Source of the DNA: Eledone cirrhosa
Lineage: Eukaryota
Assembly: GCA_964016885.1 (NCBI GenBank)
Contig: OZ024747.1
Span: 15,996,001 to 16,060,000, forward strand
DNA: 64,000 bases
Direction: 5' to 3'
Made by a program: the position numbers and the translations under genes. How positions within the stretch are numbered: the first letter of the stretch is position 1; the number at the start of each line of letters is the position of its first letter. Positions 41,332 through 55,414 of the stretch are shown one piece after another. The notes beneath the pieces were generated by a model. That model worked only from the letters and a program-made list of their open reading frames with translations, had not been told where the DNA came from and did not search any database.

Positions 41332-42265
41332 AGTAAATTTGTATTCCAATGTTACTAAGTAGTTGCATTGGATGGAGTCAACCGACGTCGGATATTGCTC
41401 AACGTATAATAAAGTGTTTTAAAATCCGGAGAAAATATGGAGAAGAAGTTTATGAAATGGAAATGCGGGTATAAAGAATTTATTAGGTAACAATTGTTTC
41501 TATAGTGTATGGGTTACCTATACCTCGCTATTTGAATAATATAAAAATATTATCATAAACCGAAGGTACACTGTAATCAAACACACCATGTCGTCAGACC
41601 TTTGTATTGGAATGATATGAAAATATTTTATACACTAGATAAAAGAGAAAGAAGGAAGTAGGAAGAGAAGGGGAAGAGGGAAGTGAGTAAGGTGGAGGGA
41701 GTCCTAGGATTTAAGACTGTCAGACTAGTAGAGATTGTAAGGAGAGAATGTTTTGGCAGCAGTTAGCTTAATGAGGCGTGTTAGGGTTGGCGGGGGAAGT
41801 AAATTCTTCTAGTGGTGTTGTTCGGACAAAATTTAGTTAAAGGGGTCAAAGTGGTACAGAGTTACAGACAAGTTATTGGGGCTATTATAGTAGCAGGTTA
41901 TTTCTAAAGGGGTCCAGAAAACAGTGTTTAGTACTATTATTATAGAAAGCCATATCTTGTGTATAAACATATAAAACAGAAATTTGCAAACGGTGGTGTA
42001 AAAAGGTAACATTATATGCATTTAAAAAAAGAAAAAGTCTTAAATCCTAGGACTCCCTCCACCTTACTCACTTCCCTCTTCCCCTTCTCTTCCTACCTCC
42101 TTCTTTCTCTTTTATCTAGTGTATAAAATATTTTCATATCATTCCAATATGATAATATTTTTATATTATTCAAATAGCGAGGTATAGGTAACCCATACAC
42201 TATAGAAACAATTGTTACCTAATAAATTCTTTATACCCGCATTTCCATTTCTAAACTTCTTCTCT

Positions 42266-42271
<6 letters not shown>
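41332..42271. mobile_element. Family G inverted repeat (arms 41435-41718 / 42036-42271) plus tail, in (TA)n
   Basis: The right arm lacks about 47 bp present in the left arm. Confidence 0.9.
41485..41601 (-). ncRNA. Type I hammerhead with long stem II (family G)
   Basis: AGGU-CUGACGA-CAUGGUGUGU...AUACACUAUA-GAAA-CAAUUG-UU-ACCU. Confidence 0.72.
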
Positions 42272-43975
<1,704 letters not shown>

Positions 43976-43977
43976 TA

Positions 43978-44033
<56 letters not shown>

Positions 44034-44599
44034 GTAATATATGTAATATATATATATATATATATATATATCTTTATATATATATATATCATATAGATAT
44101 GTGTGTGTGTGTATGTATATATATCTGTTTGTGTGTGTGTGTGTGTGTATATGTGTATGTATATGTATATACATATGATAAGGATATTTTATGATTCCTA
44201 TTTATTTTCGTGGAGATTTATATGAGGTTTGTTTCCCCTTGCACTTGTAAACATCTTTGAAAATAATATTGACGCCACTGTTTTGTTGAAGAAACGGAAG
44301 AAAAATGAAAAATAATAATGATAATTTTGAATTGATTCTTCCGCATTAATATATATAATTTCTGGTCAGTAATATATATGAATCATGCATAGTTAGTAAT
44401 TCAATACATGATCTCCACGGGAGCTCACATGCCCACACGAACATACACACACACATGCTGCGGTCGAAAGCAGCTTGGTGAGACTCCGGGTGACTGGACG
44501 ACCCATGCTTCAATCGTGTGGTTAGAGAAGCCATCCGATCAAAAGGTTTTTAGAGTAATATTACTCGACTGAGTGCATAATATCTCGAAGATCAGCCTG

Positions 44600-44860
44600 T
44601 CCGTCTAGTTAGAGCCGCTACTTCTCCGAATTGTGAGCCGAGAGCTCCGATATTACGAGCATACTGTTAACATTTCTGAAAAAAATTCGTAGGAAAGATT
44701 TTCCGGGCAAAACCAACAGGTACGAGAGCCGGGCGTAGACCCTAAGCAAGATGGTTTTAGAAAATTCTTGAGCTCGGATGGTCTCGGATGGTCGCGGATC
44801 TAGCCAGATCAATTAGAGCTGGTTGCTTTTGATAGGATTCGCTTGAAGTAGTGGTTAAAG
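44600..44860 (+). mobile_element. Degenerate RTE-type LINE 3' fragment
   Basis: AGAGCCGCTACTTCTCCGAATTG... is homologous to 33115-33330. Confidence 0.7.
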
Positions 44861-44915
44861 TCTAGCTAGCTTTAAACTGACTCTATTTTTGATATATGAT
44901 AATACATACATTCAT

Positions 44916-45040
<125 letters not shown>

Positions 45041-45334
45041 TATATATGCATACAGATGTGAGATTTCAATTCACACCTGCTCTGAATAAATAATTAGAAC
45101 CCCAAGGATGTTGTTTTATAAGGTGAAATGAAGATCGACTTGACCAACGTCACTGGTATATAGATATTGTACAATATCTTGTTATCTTCACACTTGCTTG
45201 CTTTTAATGATAATATCTGGAGGTTAATTACTGAAACCTAAATATGATTCAAGTTCCAAATAATTTTCGTTATGATACAATAGAATGGTATAATAAGATA
45301 TAACACACAATAATAAAATATAATATATTATAAT

Positions 45335-46590
45335 AATTGTTTCTACTTTTGGCACAAGGCCAGCAATATATTATAATAATTGTTTCTACTTTAGGCACAA
45401 GGCCAGCAATTACCCAGTGCATTACTGGTACTTTATTTTATCGACCCCGTAAGGTGAAAGGCAAAGTTAACCTCGGCGGGATTTGAACTCAGATCGTAAA
45501 GGGACGTAACTATGCTGGAATGATATAATATAACATGATATGATAATTCATACTTACATGTATAAATTTATAGATACTCATTTACATTCTAAGTTCAGAT
45601 ACCCGAGTGTTAAACTTCGATGGGTCGATAAAATAATGTACATGTAAAGTATTGGATTGATGTTATCGACATTTCCCTTTGCTAAAACCTTGCTGGCCTT
45701 GTGTCTAAATTAGGAATGTCTAAATTAAACTTATATTCTATAAAGGGCGGTGAATTTGCAGTATCGGAAGAAGGTCGGACACCATGCTTTTCAGCATAGT
45801 CCCATCCCTTTACGGTCTGAGTTCAAATCCTGTCGAGGTTAACTTTGCCTTTCATCCTTACGGGGTCGATAAAATAAAGTACCAGTAATGTACTGGATAA
45901 TTGCTGGCCTTGTGCCAAAAGTAGAAACAATTATAATCTATAAATATACATAAATATATTGCTGATTTAACGTGTTAAAGACTTTCCAAGTGGGCAAACA
46001 TGTTTTGTTTTTAAATTGTTATTGTACATATTGGAATTGACAATGAGAACATTTTAACATTTCATCTGTTGAGTTGGAAATTAATATCTGTTTAAGAAAT
46101 GTAGAATGTAATTATATAAACACATTAACCAATTTAGTCAATATAAATGATCGATCACAACATATTAGCTGTCCATATCGGTATGATATTTGGTTATTTG
46201 TTTAATTTGGATGGCGCTTGTTGCTTGAACAAAGTAATTTATAAGAGACCCACCCAGCGAGACAGTAGTCAAGTTTTATTGAACCAATTAGGGAGTCTCT
46301 GCGAGCTTAATTTTTCTGTTGGAAATAGGTGGTAAATCTCTCTGAAATCGGACTATTATTAAACAAAACAAGGCGGTGGATTGGCAGTATCAGTAGAGGG
46401 TCGGACGCCATGCTTTGTAGCATAGAGTTACGGCCTTCTATGATCTGAGTTCAAATCCCACCGAGGTTAAGTTTGCTTTTCATCCTTACGGGGTCGATAA
46501 AATAAAGTACCAGTCACGCACTGGGATCGATATAATCGACTTTCCCCTCTCCCCAAATTACTGGCCTTGTGTCTATATAAGAAACCATTA
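45335..46590. mobile_element. Cluster of OR-like SINEs (45335-45520 minus; 45590-45715, 45745-45935 and 46371-46590 plus)
   Basis: Each matches the SINE at 3971-4160. Confidence 0.82.
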
Positions 46591-48109
46591 TTAAACAAAA
46601 CAAAAAATATATATCAATAATATCATAATATAATCTGAGCTAACATCTCTGAATCTTTGGTAGGCGAATGGGTAGAATGACAATCATCAAACATCAAACG
46701 GGCTGAACTGAGATATCACACCAACAATAACAATACACGACATTTTCAATAACCATGTAATTCCTTGCATAGACTATGAATAAATTAAGGTTTGTGTTAG
46801 CAGGGATGTGTTTTCGTAAACATTCATGTTGAAATGTCACTATATCTGTAGCTTGAGGGAAGTTCAGCTTTATCATTTTAGCACAGTATTTAAGATGAAG
46901 TTTTACGCTTATATCCAGAAAATTTTGGGATTCGCACATCAAGTTACTATTATACTGTTTAGATAATTTACAATAACTACAATAACTATCCGAGAAATAA
47001 CAGACAAATAAATAAGCAAACTAACCTAACCAATCTATTGCTGTTATTGTTCCTTCCATTTAGATTCGTTAACATAGATAATGGAAATATTTATATGAAA
47101 CCCATAATTAATAGCCATTCTACTCAGAAATAGTTATGTTTGTTCTCAAAACGACTTTAGCTTAAGTGCTCTGGATTTTCACAATGAGTTTATAGAGATG
47201 GATAACAAAAGGAATTCCTTGCTGTGTGTTTAAGTGTTAAGTTCAAATTTGTGAAATCTCTCACCATGAAATAATAAGGTTACTTAGGTTAACAATAAAG
47301 TTTTGATATTTCTTCACGTATTTTTATCTATGAATGAAAACGTTATAAAAGCAATGAATTGTTGGAAAGACGTGAGTGATAGAATTTAATGTGATCACAC
47401 ACCATAACAATTTGAGTTCGAATCCTATTGGTGTAAACCTTGCATTTTCTTCTTCCGTTGCATTTTCTTCATCTAAAATGACCAAATTCGTAATAGGTTT
47501 AGACAATCGTTCATGCTGTCTCCTACAAAATTAAAAGCTTCTTCTTTTATAAGAGCAAAAAGCAAGAAATGACCTGCTGTCAATTATATGTGTAAACCAC
47601 TTTAATCAATGTTGTGTCTTTCTTAGTTCAACTGCAACATTAACGATGTACACACATAATTTAATAAAACTGCAAATTAAAGTATTAAAACAACATCAAC
47701 AACAACCAAAGCAATATACGCTTTTGTAAAATCATATTTGCTTTACTTAATGGATTAACAGATTTTTCTTCAAGTCAAGGCGAAGGTTAGAAATAGCAGC
47801 TAAATGTCGGAAAGTCAACGTGATAAGAAAGCAACATTCTTTAATATAGTTAAGAATATAATGTTCTCAAAGACTAAAAAAAAAGAAAAGAAGAAAAAGA
47901 CTTTAATCATTTATCTGTAAATCACATGGAGGTTTAAAGAAGTATGTTAAAGTACATCAAGTGCAGACACCACAGTATTTGGTATAACTTACCTATAAAT
48001 TGTATGGTCGACGTTATGCTTTCATATATGGTCTACAAAGCAATATAAGACACCATGCTGGACATGATCTTCATGTGCAATGGGTGGTCAAGCTCTGAAT
48101 TTAGCCGAC

Positions 48110-48191
<82 letters not shown>

Positions 48192-48277
48192 CACAGGGAC
48201 AGGCTGGGTCTAAAAATATTGGTTTCCAGGAGATGAAGGAGGCCTAAATAAAGATAGTATGCTATCATTTAATTTTT

Positions 48278-49400
48278 ATCCCGTGGAACGCCGGGTACCA
48301 CTAGCAGTGGTACCCCGCGTTGCACGGGATAAGGTATTTTGGAAGGCGGGCCGCCAACAGACCTAATCGTCGAAAAACTGCATGCCTGTACAACATGTAA
48401 AGAAAACAAACCTAATACTTTGTTGGTTGGATAATCGTTAAGACTTTCTTCAATGAAGCAGGAAAAATGCAAATTTTCACATAATGCTGGCCCTAGGGCA
48501 TCAAGAAAATGAATTTTTTTATGTGCATAATATGCCTTGAAATTCCGGGAAAATCGCCTCCAAAAAGCCCTAAAAAGCTGAAAATCGGTCTGACGTAGCG
48601 CCTCAAAAAAAGCCTAAAAACCTAATGAGGGCCCTATGAGATCAAAATGTTGAATTTTTGTATGTGCATAACACTCCTTGAAACATACGTAATACACATG
48701 TAAAGTTTGAAAAACATCGGTTGAGTACTTCTCGAGTTTTAGGGATTCAAACTCACAGACACACACACACACAGACATACATCCTCAGGGAAGTGACGTA
48801 ATGCAGACAACCAGACATACAGACAGACATTATAAGGGCGCGACGTTATATGTATGTATGTAACTAAAAAGAGAAAGACTAAGAATTATGGAGATAGATC
48901 GCTAAATCGCCTAATGTGGTCCCTAAGGCATTGAACATTTGAATTTTCTTTTTCTCCCTGACACTTTACATGTGTAAAGTTTGAAAACAGTCGGTTGGGT
49001 GGTTCTCGAGTTTTAGGGATTCAAACTCACACATAAACAGACAGACATCCTCAGTTTTATATATATAGACTAGCAGAAAACCACTCGATAGGCGGTTCTC
49101 TGCTAGTGTATATATCTAAAACAGAGAATGTCTGTCTGTCTGTCAGCTCACTAAAACCTAAGAACCATCCAACCGATTGTTTTCAAACTTTAGACATGTA
49201 ATACTTATGGTCCTGTGAGTGTTTTGAGCAAAAATTATTTCAAATTTTCAATGCCCTAGGCACCGCATTAGGCGATTTAGCGTTCTCTATATATAATTCT
49301 TAGTCTTTCTTTTTAGATAGATACATAGATATAACGTTGCGCCCTTATAATATCTGTCTGTATGTCTGAGTGTCTGCATTACGTCATTATGACGCGCCCA
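48278..49400. mobile_element. Non-autonomous Helitron-like elements arranged head-to-head
   Basis: The minus-strand copy 49069 to 48301 starts TCTATATATATAAAACTGAGGATGTCTGTCTG and ends in hairpin CCCGTGCAACGCGGG + CTAG. An inverted partial copy runs from about 49108. Confidence 0.6.
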
Positions 49401-50933
49401 GTGTGTGTGTGTGTATATATATGTATCGTAATGCAGACAGCAAGACATAGCTTTCCTTCCCCTCTTCCAGCGTCTCTCTCTCTCCCTCCCGCTATCCCCT
49501 CTTGTAGTCTGTCTCTTTCTTTCACTCTCACCCTCTCTCTACGCGTCGGACAGACAGACAGAGAAATTGCTGGTTATATATTATAAGGAGATAAATAACA
49601 TTAAAAAAAATACATAAGTGGAAACAAAAGAGTGCAAACAAATTTTTCCGGAGAAGTATCTTACTTTCTCCAATAAAAAATATTATGAATTTTGCGAAAT
49701 CCAGAGACTTTCAATAATGACCTTTGGTCTTTCACACTCACTCAATATCTGCTATTTTAAGCGTTAACCTAATATATTCCTTCCATATACTGTACCGATT
49801 GTGTTGTTATATCTCTTTACCTTTTACATACATACACACACATACACACACATATGAATCATATATTTTGGTTTCTATTATTTCTCTGGTTCAAATTAAA
49901 TTAATTCAAATGTTAAGCGCACATAGGAATAATAAGGTTGTTACCAAAGAGCCAGAAGTTGGATAAGTTGACTCTAAATAGGACTAATAACTCTAGGAAT
50001 GCCATGAACGACACCACATCTTTTAAACTTTGATTTTGAAACTAGGTTTATAATTATTAATTTCCATCATACGTTTGTAGATGTCTCGGTGGCGTAGTTG
50101 GGGGAATCAGAGACGGTGGTGATCCTCGTCTGAGGTTCGATCCTGATCGGGAGTAGGGTTACCGATAAACCTTTTCAGTTTTATTCTATGGGATGTAAAA
50201 TAAAATCTGAAAAAGATTACATGTACCTCTTGACCAGGATTGAACTCAAGGCCAGGATCTCGACCGCCACTAATACCTACCGCTAGGCCATAGAGAGAAC
50301 TATGAAATCCTTACGAAAATTTCATACTTATAAACCTACTTTCAAAATTTTATTCTTTCTCTTAGACATTATGTAATTATTTTGAAAGCAAAGAATTGGC
50401 CCATAAAATACTACAGTAGTCCCTGCAATGCTACTTTGGGTCCGTGCAATGCAACCGTGAGCCACCTGGGGCCCACTTGCCATTGGCAACCTGGCCGGTC
50501 CGCCACTCTCTCTCTCTCTATATATATATATATTATATACACACATACATGCACAAGCTTCAGGCAAGAGCACCCTGGTGGGGTGTTGCTCCTTGGGCTG
50601 CTGGTGATGTGGGCCTTCATGTTCTTATCGCAGGAGTATCCTAGTTTAACTTTATGTCGGTTAAAGATGGAGCGGTATTTATGACCTATGGGGAAGTGTC
50701 TATCTAAGAGGGCTAAACATTTTTTTCCTATATTGGTTTTAACATTGAGTGAGAAGGGAGGAGAGAACAAGATAGTTTTTCTATTGTTGCGCTTACTTTT
50801 CTTAATGGTGTTGTTGCTAGTGATAGGTTGTGAGAAGCCGATATTAACCAATGCCGTGTTATAGTCTTGCCGTAAGCCTGAAGCTTGCCCCCTTCAACAG
50901 CAATGCAATACACCAGCTGTAATCTGTGAAGCT

Positions 50934-51311
50934 GTGGTCACTTCCAACCGACCAAACGAACCACAGGAGGTCAAATCCTATGTGGGCATGGCGGAGGGCC
51001 GATTCAAGGAACGTTTCCTGAGCCAACTGTCTACCTTCAGATACTCGGACAGACGTTCATCCACGAAACTCGCGAGCCACGTATGGTCCCTCAAGGACTC
51101 AAGTATAGACTACTCCATTCAATGGATAGCCATCACTAAGTCCAAGCCATACGGAAGGGGAAATCCGACGTGTGGCTTATGTATTGACGAACGAATAACT
51201 ATTCTAAAGAGATTACGCAATAGTGATTGCCTAAACACGAGGAGTGAATTTTTCACAGGTTGTCCACACGTCGCCAAACACCTATTGCATAACTACACGA
51301 CTCCGGACTGA
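50934..51311 (+). pseudogene. PLE GIY-YIG endonuclease domain
   Basis: 125-aa ORF with the motifs listed above. Confidence 0.85.
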
Positions 51312-51468
51312 TTCTTTGTAATTTTCTTTTCAACCTAAATAATTTTTGGACTTTCGCATTTATCTCCCTTACACCTTTCGCACGCAGTCTAGTATTGCCT
51401 GTATAAAGTGACCGGGTTTCTGCGCATGCGCGTTCGTACGGTTGTCCTTCCTGTTCCTATAGCCATGC

Positions 51469-51518
51469 CCATTCCGAGCTGAAGATCCGCTAAGGTGAAA
51501 CAATTGTTCTCGGTATGG
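51469..51518 (+). ncRNA. Minimal type I hammerhead in PLE 3' UTR/pLTR
   Basis: CCAUUCCGAG-CUGAAGA-UCC GCUAA GGU-GAAA-CAAUUG-UU-CUCGGUAUGG. Confidence 0.82.
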
Positions 51519-51634
51519 TGAACTAACTGTTGTGTAACCACTTCTACCTAACTCGTCCCTTGGACTGAGTGCTCTACCACTACGGATATTACCTTCCAGT
51601 GTTCCGCCACTATATATATACATACATATATATA

Positions 51635-51710
<76 letters not shown>

Positions 51711-51712
<2 letters not shown>

Positions 51713-53549
51713 TCTTTTTTCCCCCCCGTCAAACTTGGGCTAAATTCTTTCCTTGCTCACATTTCAACCAGGTCCGATGGTCTTTCGTCTCTTGTTCACG
51801 ATTTCACAGAGTTTATATTCATAGAGATCTGGGACTTGTCTATTTCTACTCACTTTCCGTTGCTTAAACCTTTTTGTTGTTACTCTAGCGTCCCCCTTTA
51901 TTTACGTGTCCCAACGACTTTTTTTAGCCGTTGTTCGCACCAACCTGAGGCATATGGCCCTTAAAGCGATGAAATGCCGAGGACGGTTGGAGGGTCACTG
52001 ATGAAGGACTCACTTTTTCATATGTATCCCATTTGCAACGCCGCAGCTCCATTATTATTATCATCATATTTACACATATAACTTTTCCATGCTGCCTTCG
52101 TCTGTTTCGTTCCTTGTATCTTTACCACTTCTAGCAGTCTCCCTCTCTGTTACTCTCTCCTCAACTTTCACTCACTCATTCTCTGTCACTACCTCTCCTC
52201 CTCCTCTTTCCTCCTCCTCCTTCAAGTTTGACCTGTGTGTAATTCTTTTCTCGCGCAGTCTTGACCGAGCTGGTATGGAATTTTTTCTCTCTCTCTTTCG
52301 TCTGCGACTTCACAAAACTTGCGTTTACCGAATTCGTAGACCAGACCCCCTTATCTTCTTCTTCTTCTTCTTCTTCTTCTTCTTCTTCTTCTTCTTCTTC
52401 TTCTTCTTCTTCTTCTTCTTCTTCTTCTTCTTCTTCTTCTTCTTCTTCTCTCTCTCTCTCTTCCCCCCCCCCGTCAAACTTGGGCGAAATTCTTTCCTTG
52501 CTCACATTTCAACCAGGTCTGATGGTCTTTCGTCTCTTGTTCACGATTTCACAGAGTTTATATTCATAGAGATCTGGGACTTGTCTATTTCTACTCACTT
52601 TCCGTTGCTTAAACCTTTTTGTTGTTACTCTAGCGTCCCCCTTTATTTACGTGTCCCAACGACTTTTTTTAGCCGTTGTTCGCACCAACCTGAGGCATAT
52701 GGCCCTTAAAGCGATGAAATGCCGAGGACGGTTGGAGGGTCACTGATGAAGGACTCACTTTTTCATATGTATCCCATTTGCAACGCCGCAGATCCATTAT
52801 TATTATCATCATATTTACACATATAACTTTTCCATGCTGCCTTCGTCTGTTTCGTTCCTTGTATCTTTACCACTTCTAGCAGTCTCCCTCTCTGTTACTC
52901 TCTCCTCAACTTTCACTCACTCATTCTCTGTCACTACCTCTCCTCCTCCTCTTTCCTCCTCCTCCTTCAAATTTGACCTGTGTGTAATTCTTTTCTCGCG
53001 CAGTCTTGACCGAGCTGGTATGGAATTTTTTTCTCTCTCTCTTTCGGCTGCGACTTCACAAAACTTGCGTTTACCGAATTCGTAGACCAGACCCCCTTAT
53101 CTTCTTCTTCTTCTTCTTCTTCTTCTTCTTCTTCTTCTTCTTCTTCTTCTTCTTCTTCTTCTTCTTCTTCTTCTTCTTCTTCTTCTTCTTCTTCTTCTTC
53201 TTCTTCTTCTTCTTCTCTCCTTTTTCTTTCTCTCTCTCTCTCTCTTCCCCCCCGTCAAACTTGGGCGAAATTCTTTCCTTGCTCACATTTCAACCAGGTC
53301 TGATGGTCTTTCGTCTCTTGTTCACGATTTCACAGAGTTTATATTCATAGAGATCTGGGACTTGTCTATTTCTACTCACTTTCCGTTGCTTAAACCTTTT
53401 TGTTGTTACTCTAGCGTCCCCCTTTATTTACGTGTCCCAACGACTTTTTTTAGCCGTTGTTCGCACCAACCTGAGGCATATGGCCCTTAAAGCGATGAAA
53501 TGCCGAGGACGGTTGGAGGGTCACTGATGAAGGACTCACTTTTTCATAT
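51711..53549 (+). repeat. Family J: about 2.4 tandem copies of a 745-781 bp unit containing (TTC)n, bounded by (TA)n
   Basis: GTCAAACTTGGGC recurs at 51728, 52473 and 53254. The units are near identical apart from (TTC)n length. Confidence 0.93.
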
Positions 53550-53641
53550 ATATATATATATATATATATACCTTATGAAGAGAGAAGAAACATTTAGATA
53601 TAATTAGTAATAAAATGTATCATACCTAAACTGCTCCTAAA

Positions 53642-53733
53642 ATCCTCGACTACGTAGTTTCGTGGCATAAACAAAAACAATATATCATAAAGATATAGAG
53701 TCCTTGCGAGGTCTGCCGACTTATCAAGAGGAT
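53642..53733 (-). ncRNA. Type I hammerhead, U3-A8 variant (family K copy 1)
   Basis: AUCCUC-UUGAUAA-GUCGGCA...UGCCAC-GAAA-CUACGUAG-UC-GAGGAU. Confidence 0.82.
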
Positions 53734-54235
53734 ACCTCATTTTACTAGTCTCAAGAACGCGTCTACACGACGTGAGAAAGAATCCCAAAAGGCGGAGGGG
53801 GAGATAGTCACGCGATATAACGGTCGAGAAACAGAGCTAAGCCTCTTATAACCCCGAAGAAAATACCACGGAGGCGGAGGGGGTATTCATATCGAGGCCG
53901 CAGAAGAGTGGTGAAGAAGGCGAGAAGTATGAGTAATGGAAGCCTTCCAGCTGTCCCCACACTTTAAAGATTGCTCGACCAGAGGGAGTTATTAACAATA
54001 TATTTAGAAACACACAGATACATGCGGACACACACATATATACATGAATGTATCCGCACCCAACTGTGAGTTAAGGGTGCCAACTTCACCGATGTTGCTC
54101 AATGAATGACTGGGACAGACCAATTCGGTTGAACTAGACTGAACCAGTATCAGAGTTAAAAATACCTTATGAAGAGAGAAGAAACATTTAGATATAATTA
54201 GTAATAAAATGTATCATACCTAAACTGCTCCTAAA

Positions 54236-54327
54236 TTCCTCGACTACGTAGTTTCGTGGCATAAACAAAAACAATATATCATAAAGATATAGGGTCCTTG
54301 CGAGGTCTGCCGACTTATCAAGAGGAT
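54236..54327 (-). ncRNA. Type I hammerhead, U3-A8 variant (family K copy 2)
   Basis: Same motif 594 bp away. Confidence 0.82.
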
Positions 54328-54531
54328 ACCTCATTTTACTAGTCTCAAGAACGCGTCTACACGACGTGAGAAAGAATCCCAAAAGGCGGAGGGGGAGATA
54401 GTCACGCGATATAACGGTCGAGAAACAGTCATTCATTGAGCAACATCGGTGAAGTTGGCACCCTTAACTCACAGTTGGGTGCGGATGCATTCATGTATAT
54501 ATGTGTGTGTCCGCATGTATCTGTGTGTTTC

Positions 54532-54626
<95 letters not shown>

Positions 54627-54644
54627 TATATATATGTATATATA

Positions 54645-55089
54645 TATAAACGTTTGTATATGTATAATAAAGCCAAAACAATACAGGTATGGACATAGAA
54701 TAAAGATTGCAAATGCAAAATATATTGTTGACAATTAGTCCTTTACCTTAGATTTATTTAAATGTCCTTAATTTTCGAAATAATATCTCTTCGGAGGAGG
54801 AAAGTAAAGCGGTGTTCTAAATAGCTTGCCAAGTCATCCTGTCAGCATGATTTGGCAAGCTATTTAGAACACTGGTTTAACCGCTTTACTTCCCTCCGAA
54901 GAAGAGATATTATCTCGAAAATTAAGGACATTTAAATAAATCTAAGTTAAAAGACTAATTGTCATCAATATCTTTTTTATTTGCATTCTTTATTCTATGT
55001 CTATACCTGCATTGTTTGGGCTTTATTATACATATACAAACGTTTATACCTCATTACACAATGATTCAAGTGAACTATAGCCTCCTCGT
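54645..55089. mobile_element. Family L diverged palindrome (about 54645-54838 / 54847-55048) plus tail, in (TA)n
   Basis: Reverse-complement arms with several mismatches. A degenerate HHR-like motif lies at 54893-54927. Confidence 0.85.
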
Positions 55090-55115
55090 ATATATATATA
55101 TATATTTATATATAT

Positions 55116-55149
<34 letters not shown>

Positions 55150-55160
55150 CTATATATATA

Positions 55161-55229
<69 letters not shown>

Positions 55230-55320
55230 CGAAGGAAATGTGGTAAGGAACCAGGTGGACCATAACGCACCAAAGTACTCAATACTTGAGGTAGTAGAGT
55301 GGGTAATAGGAACCAGTAAG

Positions 55321-55414
55321 ACCCCGACAGCTGAGCTCAAGCCGTTTCGACGGCTAATTCTGGACTAAATGAAAATTTATCCTGGTATTTAAATAGCCGA
55401 TCTTCTCAAGGGGT
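55321..55414 (-). ncRNA. Family A hammerhead (U3-A8), long-arm copy
   Basis: Reverse complement of 56237-56330. Confidence 0.8.

Larger units (their letters stand above)
50554..51610 (+). mobile_element. PLE 3' end (C-terminal GIY-YIG, probably Nematis-like) with inverted 5' segment
   Basis: Plus strand gives CRKPEACPL..C..PAVICEAVV, SYVGMAEGRFKERF, STKLASHVWSLK, CGLCIDE and LNTRSEFFTGCPH. Minus 50554-50850 gives FSPPFSLNVKTNIGK..LLDRHFP..IFNRHKVKLGYSC. The element ends in (TA)n. Confidence 0.88.
53569..54540. mobile_element. Family K: 594-bp partial tandem plus inverted short arm, in (TA)n (retrozyme-like)
   Basis: Direct repeat 53569-53835 / 54163-54428; inverted repeat 53998-54112 / 54426-54540. 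Confidence 0.92.

Noticed and set aside
51940-52004. Twister, pistol or HDV-like ribozyme assignment
   Set aside because: Only partial motif resemblance; the required conserved residues and helices could not all be placed.
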